From the NCBI GenBank assembly GCA_964016885.1, contig OZ024742.1, positions 131,068,001 through 131,132,000 of the forward strand: a stretch of DNA of 64,000 bases. The letters are read 5' to 3'. Positions 34,005-44,640 of the stretch are shown in pieces. Each line of letters begins with the position of its first letter. The first letter of the stretch is position 1. Origin of the DNA: Eledone cirrhosa. Taxonomy: Eukaryota. A program made the translations under genes and the position numbers. The notes under the pieces were generated by a model that searched no databases, was not told where the DNA came from, and was given only the letters and a program-made list of their open reading frames with translations.

Positions 34005-34457
34005 AGAGTTTCTATAGGCACTGGGCCAACAATTTAGGGGCAGGGGAAACTCAATTTAATGTGCTCCAGTTCACTACTGGTAATTTATTTTATTGAACCA
34101 GTAAGAATTAAAGGCAAAGCTAACCCCGATGGGATTTGAACTCAGAACGTAAAGGGACGTAACTATGTGCCACAAAGTATGTTGCCTGATGCTCTATCGA
34201 TACTGCCGATCCATAGCCGTTTATATGCACTATAATATAGTTGAATAAAATTGAGTGTATAACTCAAAAGTATTATAGATGCAGTATCGGTAGAGGGCGA
34301 GACGCCATGCTTTCTAGCATAGTTACGTCCCTTTACGATCTGAGTTCAAATCCCGCCTAGGTTAACTTTGCCTTTCATCCTTACAAGGTCAATAAAATAA
34401 AGTACCAGTAATGTACTGGATAATTGCTGGCCTTGTGCCAAAAGTAGAAACAATTAT
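34005..34457. mobile_element. Head-to-head inverted SINE pair (minus 34005-34220; plus 34280-34457)
   Basis: Both match the dominant SINE and lie in opposite orientations about 60 bp apart. Confidence 0.8.
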
Positions 34458-34709
34458 AGATAATATGCACTGTTGTGGCCTTTGTGAAAGGCAAAGGAAT
34501 CTCTTAAATTTCAATCTTATGATTTCTCCCGAATGAAACAGTTCTAGTCCTGTAGAAACCATTTCTATATTAAATATTTATACTGTGCTATATATTGAGT
34601 ACCTTACTTACTGTAGTTAACCCCGATTGAACCCGGGATAAACATATATATATATATATATATGAAAAAAGTCAGGACCCCGACCGCTGAGCTCCGGCTG
34701 TTTCGACAG

Positions 34710-34789
<80 letters not shown>

Positions 34790-35049
34790 ATAAATTAAAT
34801 TATCATGTGTCGTGTTATTAGCTTCGCAATCTCGCAGTCCCGCAGTCTCGTCTCTACAACAGTCCCTTAATATCTCCACAAGTTATGAAAAATATTTTGA
34901 GAAAGTATTTTACTTTAACTTCTGCTTCCATCAAAGTGAATTCTTCTTCTTTGTGAAGTGAGAGTTATCTTCCCTTCAATGTCTCCATTTCATTGTAATA
35001 TTGATTTGCTGCCCCCCCCCCCTACTCTATATGCTTGAAGTAACGGGTA

Positions 35050-35393
35050 AAGTAAAGAAACGCGAAGGAATATCTGTTGTCTGTGAAGGTAAGTGGATCT
35101 AGACGGGTGAAAGTGGCGTTTTCTTATGTACGAAGGACTTTTAAGTGTCTGCAGATCTAGAAGAGTCTGGTATGTTGTTTAAATAGAAGTTTTGTTTATG
35201 ACGGATTTCTTCCGTACAAATCATTCTTTTACATCCAAAATTGTAGGGTCTGGATCATTCTAGAATTTTACATTTGAGCTTTTATTACAAAGCATTATTT
35301 TTTTCAGTTTCCTGATGTAGTTAGGTAGCTTTGAAGTGTTCTTCTAAACGTGGATGAAATATAAACCCCTTGTTTAAACTTCCCTTCTATCAT
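35050..35393 (-). mobile_element. Possible decayed PLE ORF N-terminal fragment
   Basis: Minus-strand frames give LNKGFIFHP and NYIRKLKK, resembling the L.KGL.F.P...F.R.LR motif at PLE N-termini. Confidence 0.3.
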
Positions 35394-35641
35394 GCGTCTG
35401 AAAGACACGTGATGGGTATATATTCGCTCCTCTTTGCACTCTGAGTTCAAATTGAGAAGTCACTTTTGCCTTTCATACTTTGGGATCGATAAATAAAGAA
35501 TCAGCCGAAGGTGACAAATTAGGAAAATTGGTGGAACGTTGTTAGGGATATCTAGAACTCTCTATTTCGGCACTTTGAATTTTAATTTATTTTTTACAAT
35601 GAAGAAAGAATCTTTTATTCACAGTTATATAAACATATAAT

Positions 35642-36025
35642 AATTGTTTCTACTTTTGGCACAAGGCCAGCAATTATGCCGGTGCGTGACTGGTACTTTA
35701 TTTTATCGACCCCGTAAGGATGAAATGTAAAGTTAACCTCGGTGGGATGTGAACTCAGATCATAAAAGCCATAACTCTATGCTGCACAGCATGGAGTCTG
35801 ACGCTCTACCGATACTGCCAATCCACCTATAATAATATAATTGTTTCTACTTTTGGCACAAGGCTAGCAAATATCCCAGTGTATTACTGGTACTTTATTT
35901 TATCGACCCCGTAAGGATGAAAGGCAAAGTTAACCTCCGCGGGATTTGAACGCAATCCGTAAAGGGAGGTAACTGTGCTGCAAAGCATGGCGTCCGACCC
36001 TCTACCGATACTGCCAATCCATCCA
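35642..36025 (-). mobile_element. Two tandem SINE copies
   Basis: Two full matches at 35642-35828 and 35840-36025. Confidence 0.85.
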
Positions 36026-36357
36026 CATATAATAATATAATGCTTACAGAACGAACACACAAACACTTATAATTTATGTTTATACAAATATAAACGCATA
36101 AAAGAGAGATTAAAAAAACCAAAAAAAAAACCGCAAAAACATTCTGTCAACGGAAAAATGGAGACATGATAGGAAATGGGTTTCCTATATTTAAAATAAC
36201 CCCAAAACCCGTAGGATACAAAAACGAACTGATGCAGGTATTACACGAACAAACAACAGCAACAACAGCAATGACATCCCTTCAAGATTTGAACTGAATA
36301 CTTTTAGTTATGTTTATTACTGTATCTCATATGTTATTTTTATATTGGTACACTTCA

Positions 36358-36923
36358 TCTCAATATACTGTCTTATCTACCACTATGTCTATACTTCGTC
36401 TCAATATACTGTCTTATCTACCACTATGTCTATACTTCGTCTCAATATACTGTCTTATCTTCCACTATGTCTATACTTCGTCTCAATATACTGTCTTATC
36501 TACCACTATGTCTACTTTTATCTCAATATACTGTCTTATCTACCACTATGTCTACTGTTATCTCAATATACTGTCTTATCTACCACTATGTCTACTGTTA
36601 TCTCAATATACTGTTTTATCTACCACTATGTCTACTGTTATCTCAATATACTGTCTTATCTACCACTATGTCTACTGTTATCTCAATATACTGTCTTATC
36701 TACCACTATGTCTACTGTTATCTCAATATACTGTCTTATCTACCACTATGTCTACTGTTATCTCAATATACTGTTTTATCTACCACTATGTCTACTGTTA
36801 TCTCAATATACTGTCTTATCTACCACTATGTCTACTGTTATCTCAATATACTGTCTTATCTACCACTATGTCTACTGTTATCTCAATATACTGTTTTATC
36901 TACCACTATGTCTACTGTTATCT
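36358..36923. repeat. 40-bp minisatellite, about 14 copies
   Basis: Unit tctcaatatactgtcttatctaccactatgtctactgtta; the first units are 41-bp variants. Confidence 0.95.
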
Positions 36924-37388
36924 CTTTGTTTTCGTTGCTGATGTAGATAATAATCATATTCCTAGGAAATATTAGTATTAAAAACTTTAGAAATAACGTT
37001 GTTTCTCATAACACAAAAACACGCTTCTTCTTCTTCTTCTTCTTCTTCTTCTTCTTCTTCTTCTTCTTCTTCTTCTTCTTCTTCTTCTTCTTCTTCTTCT
37101 TCTTCTTCTTCTTCTTCTTCTTCTTCTTCTTCTTCTTCTTCTTCTTCTTCTTCTTCAGCGACAGGAAAATTATCTTTAACACCACCATCACCACCACCTC
37201 CAACACCACCACTACCAACACCACCAACACTAACACCACCACCACCACCAACACCACCAACATCACGACGACCACCACCACCATCACCAGCCTCCTCCTC
37301 CTACAGTTCTCCTCCACATCATCATCATCATTACCACGACGACGACGACTCCCCTCTCCTCCTCCTCCTCCTCCTCCCCCTCATCATC

Positions 37389-37419
<31 letters not shown>

Positions 37420-37619
37420 GCAGCAGCACTACTATCATTATCACAGTCGTCGTTATTGACTAGATGTATACACTTACTTACTTTTTTATAACTCTGTGAC
37501 CTCGCTGATAACGTACGAAATATTGAGATAGAATATTTGAAGCACAGAAAAAACTGGAAATCATCTAAAAAATCAATATTTAGTACAAATGTAAATATTA
37601 TTATTATTATTATCATTGT

Positions 37620-37710
<91 letters not shown>

Positions 37711-37716
37711 GTTTTT

Positions 37717-38165
37717 TGAGTCTCAGTCATTGATGTTGGTTAACTGGAAAGTTTGTTGAAATGAATATCAAGCCACTACCTGCAGCCTCACATATTCAGG
37801 ACGTATCGGAAGATTCTTGCTGTTCCCAGCAAGCATGCCTTTTGAAGTGTTCCAAAAAGCGGGGCGGGACCAATTTTCTTTAACCATCCTTGGAAACTCT
37901 TTGAGATAGTACCTAGTGCGCCTATGACAATCGGGACCAATTTGACTTCATGGCAGTTCCAAATCCTTTTTACCTCCCACTTTAAGTCCTGGTATCGGTT
38001 AATTTTCTACCTCTCCTTCTCTTGTACTCTCGTGTCGAATGGGCAGGCCACATCTACAATCAGTCACGATATTTTGTCCTTGTCCAAAACCACCAGGTCA
38101 GGTCTATTGTGTTCCCGTCTTGTCCGTCTGTATCCTAAAATCCCAGAGCACCTACACCTGATCGT
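37717..38165 (-). mobile_element. R4/Dong-like LINE (family A), 5'-truncated
   Basis: EHNRPDLVVLDK...RYVLNM* plus a short 3' UTR ending gactgagactcaaa, then (AAT)n. Confidence 0.85.
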
Positions 38166-38313
38166 TCTTCTTCTTCTTCTTCTTCTTCTTCTTCTTCTTC
38201 TTCTTCTTCTTCTTCTTCTTCTTCTTCTTCTTCTTCTTCTTCTTCTTCTTCTTCTTCTTCTTCTTCTTCTTCTTCTTCTTCTTCTTCTTCTTCTTCTTCT
38301 TCTTCTTCTTCTT

Positions 38314-38703
38314 TGAGTCTCAGTCATTGATTCTAGTTAACTGGAAAGTTTGTTGAAATGAATATCAAGCCACTACCTGCAGCCTCACATATTCAGAACG
38401 TAACGGAGAGTTCTTGCTGTTCCAAGCAAGCATGCCTTTTGTAGTGTTCCAAAAAGCGGGACCGGGCCAATTTTCTTTAACCACCCCTGGAAAGCTTTTG
38501 AGATAGTACCTAGTGCGCCTATGACAATCGGGACCACTTTGACTTCATGGCAGTTCCAAATCCTTTTTACCTCCCACTTTAAGTCCTGGTATCGATTAAT
38601 TTTCTCCCTCTCCTTCTCTTGCACTCTCGTGTCGAATGGGCAGGCCACATCCACAATCACGCACGATCTTTTTTCCTTGTCCAAATCCACCAGGTCAGGT
38701 CTA
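38314..38703 (-). mobile_element. R4/Dong-like LINE (family A), 5'-truncated
   Basis: ORF 38385-38690 IVDVACPFD...EREKINRYQDL...VPIVIGALG (restriction-like endonuclease), followed by (GAA)n. Confidence 0.9.
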
Positions 38704-38727
38704 TTATTATTATTATTATTATTATTG

Positions 38728-41700
38728 GCGACCTACGTAGTGAATCGTATCATCGTGAGCTCCGCAAAGGTTAGTTATTTTCAGTTGTTTAAAATTGCCA
38801 TTTATGGAACATTTTTATTGTTAACTCTATATAAGTGCACATACATTGATTTCTGAAAAAGGACACTCAAAAATATTGGGGCCTTAAGCCCAAAATTTAA
38901 ACTTTTTATAATTATCAAACAAAACAAATATCTTTGAAAAATCATGGAAGACTCAGGGTCACTCCTTCCTCACAAACTAACACCTCACACTGACACCACC
39001 ATTGTAAATATTACTATGTTTGCCAACACTAAAAATATAAGCAGTAGCAATATTTTAAATTTGTTTCAGCCAGACATTCATTTCCCGCCATTACCAATGA
39101 CTGCAGGTGTTAAAGCCGCCACCTCCACCACCACCACCACATCGACAACAGAAACAAAAGAAAAAAATAAATTAACTCGTGATATCGAAACGAATTCAAC
39201 CAAACTGAACTCTTCCACACCGAACACCACTGACGCCACCACCACCACCACAACTGAAACTAAAATTAACAATAACAAAAATAACGATAACAACAACAGC
39301 AACAATGAAATTAAGAAAACTACCCTGAGTTTTGCCAGAATAGCAAAGACGTACGAAGCGATCCAGGTAACTCAGGAGGAATTAGAAGAAGCCAAAAGAA
39401 TGGTAAAGAAAGATGGGTACAGTGTCAGCCTCACCCCCCCCCCCCACTTAATAAAATGGAGCATCGTCGCCTATGCACCGTGTCTTATCGGACAATTAAC
39501 ATAAAATCGCGCCGAGTGGAACGGGCATCCGAGTCCCAAATCCAAAAATCTTTGGGACACGTGTGGGCAAAAGAAAACACACATCAGACGTTGGCGGAAA
39601 TATGGAACCGTGGACGTGTTCTTTGAAACACCACAAGAGCCCAGAGAACACTCCATGGCCCCATTAAGAAGTGACTACTTCACACTCGTCCCTAGCTATT
39701 GTGGCCAGAGACTTGTGAAGATCAGGGTGACCCACGTTCCACCGGCCATCGAAATTCCCTGGCTAATGGCTGCCGTCATCGCCGGCATCGAGGCCAACAC
39801 CAAGATAATCGAAATAGCGAAAGAAAAGCAGGAGAACAGGGCCGGATCTGGGATGGAGCTCCTGATCCAAGCGGACCATAAAAGCATTGAGGAGATCCCA
39901 GAGGTAATAGACCTCACTGACGACAGCCACCTCACTATAATCGTCGAGGGCAGAAGGCCTAGGTATGTCGTTTGCGGTGAAGGAACCAACCTAAGGGCTT
40001 TCTGCCCTCAGGCTAAAAGGTTGAGGCCACCTCTCTTACCCACCCCAGTGACTCAACCATCAACACCACCAGCAGCAGAGATGGCAGCAACAACTGTAGC
40101 AGCAACAACAGAAGCAACTGTAACAGCAACAACCCCAGCAACAGTAGCAAAACCAACACCACCACCACCCAACGCGCCAGAACCAAAACCAACGCCTGTG
40201 GAGGATTTTCTACTCCCCGGCTTATCGCAACTGGAGACAGATTTTGACGACGAGCAGTGGGAAACGGTATCAGGAGAAAAGAAAAAAAGAAACCAAAACA
40301 TGAAAAAATTCTTTTCCTTCCCCCTCCAAAAACAAAATACAGAGGGAAACAAATAAATTATCAAACAAAAAAGTTAGGACAGATATGCCACCATCCACAC
40401 CAGCATCACCAACCCCATCACCACAAACACCAACACCATCACCATCATTAACCCCAACACCACCATCACCAACACCACAAAAGTCACCAAAAAGTGTAAC
40501 AGAAACAAACCCATAACAAACGCTAACAAAACAATACAACCAAAACGATACACACTACACAGCATTAAATTTGAACAACAACCAATTATTACACTACATG
40601 CAACACAACACCAGCATCACAGAAAAAGACTACACAAAAACCCAAAAGTTCACACCACCTCCACACATACAAATCACTCGCATCACACAGCAAACGTACA
40701 CGACACTAAAATAAAAATTCCCCAAAGACACTCTCCAGGAGGATTTATAAGGACATCCTTCCGGAGGAGGCCACAAGCAGTGAAAAGGATGGACAAACCA
40801 TCCTTCCTCTACGAGAAGTAAGGTAAGTGGTCTTTCCCATCTTTTCCACTCCATTTCAACATGACCTCACTCAGAATAGGCAGCATAAATGCGCGTGGCT
40901 TGGGGTCGTCATGGAAGCAGGGCCACCAGCTCAACGACCTCAGGTCACTAAACATGGATGTAGTGGCCATCAGCGAGACCAGAATCTCTGAAGCACGGGC
41001 CTTCGCACCGATCTTCGGCGGCTACGATGTGTACGCATCTCCCAGCCGTCCGGGATCGGGGGAAGGAGTTGCTGGGCTTTTTAGGAGAGGTTTGGATCTC
41101 GCCATACGGGCCATCTTCCTGGACCCAGAAGTTAAGTTGGTGGTGCTAGACGTGACCAGCGGAGACGGGCAAGCTTTCAGGCTAGTGGCCGTCTATGCCC
41201 CGACAGGAGCAGGGCGGCCTGATTTCTTCCGGCGTCTGGAGTACTTTCTTGGAACGTCCCGCTCTTTAGTGTGAGTGGGCGACTGGAACGGGATCTTAGA
41301 TGCACGCTGGGACTGTGTGGGATTAGCGGATAGGGGAGGAGGGTGCAACAGCGTCACCAACCTGCTCAGGCGTACCGATTGGATTTCCCGAATGTGCCAA
41401 TGTGGACTTGACAAATCGCATAGGGTCATCCAGATCATATCTAGATATAGTATTTTGTAGGGAAATAGATAGGTCTAGCATAGGCTGTTCACAATTCAAG
41501 ATAGTCAGCTACACGGAACACAAATTCGTGATCTGTGTGCTTGACTTAGAAAGGCTTCATAGACGAGGACCCGGCTACTGGAAGCTAAACGCGGCCTTAC
41601 CAGCGCGCAAGGCCTACAGAGACCGGATTAGCGAACTAGTTAAGCGGGCGTTGATGGGGGCCATAGTCAACAAGTGGTGGTTTGCTCTGAAAAGAGCAAT

Positions 41701-41813
41701 TAGAATAGAGTCCATTAGGTTTAGAAAGGCTTTAGCAATAGAGAAAAATAGAGCAGAGGGAGAATTAGTTAGAAAATTAGACGAGGCGCTTAGCAAAGGC
41801 ATCGCGACCGACG
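38728..41813 (+). mobile_element. Tx1/L1-like LINE (family B), intact 5' end, 3' part deleted
   Basis: 5' end matches 59973 (minus). Frameshifted ORF1 from 38944. ORF2 from 40861 has APE motifs GSINARGL, VAISETR, VAVYAP, GDWN, GYWKLN. Confidence 0.9.
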
Positions 41814-43215
41814 GTTAGTTTTTTGGCCTGCCCCTTAAGAGTTTCAACTGTGATACTCAAATCAGTTTGTTGGTGTGCCTGCTCACCGATCTCCCTCTGT
41901 ACTGTCTCAATCCACCCTGCCTGGTCATTATGTCTAACATCCTGCTCCCATATTCCTCTCCAGAATGTTTTAGTTTGTTCCGCCTCAGGGATCAAGTCGT
42001 TGCCTCTTTCTTTCCCCTCAAGCTGTCCAAACAGCATCTTCTGGTTGTTGTCGAACATGCGGATCTGTTTATACTGACTGACTGACTCTGTTCTCGTATG
42101 GCCTGATTTTTGCACTCTTTGCTACAATGCGTTGCTTCAGTTCCTCTATGATAATATTTAGCTTTTTCCTCCTAGTTTTGTACTTTATTTCCAGTCTATT
42201 TTTAGTGCCTATGATTTTTAGTGTCCCATTCAATAGTGACTCAAGCTTTCCAATGTCATTTCTCATTTCCCTGATTTGACCACTCAGTCGTTTCTTCCAC
42301 CAAGGCTCTGCTCTTTCTTGTCTGTTGTTTCCTCTCGCTTTTATACCAAGTAGTTTCCTCACCGTATTTGCTGTTGCTTTGAGGATATTGTTGCACTGGT
42401 GAAGGCTCCTCGCCTCAAGGTATGGGATGACTTTGTTTACCTTAGCTGTTGTTTCTTTTAACTTTTTCCTGTCTACAAATCTTAGGTTCATAGGTCTCCC
42501 ACTATCATTGTTCAATTCATCTACCACTAAATTTAGGATGTCAACCGAATCTTGTCCTAGCCCGTCAGCATTCATCTCCTCAGTGGCCGTATCTTTGTTC
42601 CAGGTATTATTTATCTCAGTATCCAGATCATTGTCTGCTTCGGGTGGTTCCTCCGTTCTCTCGACCTCTTCACCTTCATTTCCCACTGGCTCGTTTGCCT
42701 GGCATACTCCACCCTCCATCTCCAAGCTAATCTCTCTGCTCAGTTCCTCCAGTTCCAGCTCGCTTATCCACCCATTAGTTCTTATTACCCGAGCCTGCCC
42801 GGCCAATTTTTGTTCATCTAATTTAAATAGACCAATCTCGTTCCAGATGTTATGCATCCGTCTCCTATAGCCCCTCTCCTTGGGGTTACTTTTCAGGTAA
42901 CATTGCATAACAGTTCTATTCAACTCTTTCGTCCAGTTGGTTCTGGTCCCTTTCCTTCTTCTTCTTCCTCCGACACCAGCAGTATTTGGTTGACAGCCAG
43001 GTTCCTGCTGCTGAGCCAGGGAGCACCTGTTGGGTGAGAGTCTGTCACATGACGTTCTAGTCTCCATTTCACCGTTATTCGAACTGTTTAGGTTCGATAT
43101 TTAAACACTCTTATCGAGGATTGGCGAATGTATGGTTACAAAACCATCTGTGGATTCACCGTCTCCGGTGGTTGCGCCGCTCCACTTGGCTCTTGTGTGG
43201 CATTATCACCACGCT
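41814..43215 (-). mobile_element. R4/Dong-like LINE 5' half (5' UTR plus N-terminal ORF)
   Basis: ORF 42069-43067 NWTKELNRTVMQCY...GYRRRMHNIW...QKLAGQARVIRTNGW...PWWKKRL continues into ORF 41777-42115 (FWRGIWE) and stops just before the RT. Confidence 0.85.
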
Positions 43216-44390
43216 GTAGACGAACACAAATAAACAAACAAACACACAGGCAGAAAAAACCCTAAAAATGGATAAGCATAAGTTTCATTGTAATGTAGTG
43301 TTCGAATGTCTGACTTAGTTTTTCCCTTCTCTTCTCTGTCCGTCCGCTTGTTTCTCTCTTCATTCTTATTTTCTTTACGTTTTTTTTTTGTTTTTTTTTT
43401 GTTTTTGTTTTTGTTTTTCTCTGTTTGTTTTTCTCTTTATTTGCTGTTGTTGCTGTGCTGCTTTGGTTTTGATGTTTGTTTTTTCTTTTTTCTTTTGAGT
43501 CTATCTATATATTTTGATGCCTTCCTCTTTTTTAGTAGGAATTCTATAATGTGGTGGCAGCAACTAGCAGGAAGCAATGGGAGAGAATAGCGGCGGTAGC
43601 GATACTGAGACAGTGGTGGTGGTGATGTCGATACTGAGGCAGTGGTAGTGGTGATGTGATCGTATTTCTGTAGTGATGGTGTTGTAGCGGTGTTAGCAAT
43701 GAAGGAGTGGTGGCGGCGGTGATGGGATAGTGGTAGTAATGATGGCAGTGGTGGTGGTGATGTGGTCGTATTACTGTAGTGATGGTGTTGTAGCGGTGGT
43801 AGCAATGAAGGAGTGGTGGCGGCGGTGATGGGATAGTGGTAGTAATGATGGATGGGCGGGGTTGTCGTTACTGATGTCTGTTCGGTGAATCTATGGGGTT
43901 AGTCGCGTATATGTGTTGACATAAATTCCCTTAATTTTGGGATTAAACATTTTTTTAAACCTTGGGACAATAATAATAGTATTTATTATTATCATTATTA
44001 TGTTGAGATTGGTTGTGGTGGTGGTGAAATTGCCGTTATCTGGCTGTTGTGTTTAGTGTACACAGAGAGGTGATGGGGTAGGTGGTGTATCTAGTTTCTG
44101 GTGTTGGTGAGATTGGTGTTGTTTGGCTGTTCTATATAGTGTAGACAGAGGAGGGGGGGGGGGTTCTTCTTTCATTTATAGCCATTTTCTTTTTTGAATA
44201 TACAATGTACAATACAAAGTTGAATATTTGAATATTTGAGCCTTATAACAATATATTTTGGGTCCGAATTTTTTTGGGGCTCAAGCCGGATGCTTTACGT
44301 AGCATTTGTACTAAGAGTTGTTATTTCACAAATGATTTAAATATGTTAAAAATTCAAAACTTACGGGAGCGATTTCCCTTACGGGAGCGA

Positions 44391-44430
<40 letters not shown>

Positions 44431-44432
<2 letters not shown>

Positions 44433-44530
44433 AGTTGCATTTATCTTGCTTTATGTTCATACGAGTTATCACCAAGTCACAACCAGTGACCTCAAGAGAC
44501 AACAAGGTCCGCCATGTTCAAGAATAAACA
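44431..44530 (-). mobile_element. Tail-only insertion of R4-like family C
   Basis: Reverse complement of 53152-53250, with (TTA)n on both sides. Confidence 0.85.
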
Positions 44531-44610
<80 letters not shown>

Positions 44611-44640
44611 TAATATTATTATATTAATATTATTATATAT

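Noticed and set aside
36358-36923. CRISPR-like array or repeat protein
   Set aside because: Contiguous units with no unique spacers, eukaryotic context, and ORFs open in all three frames
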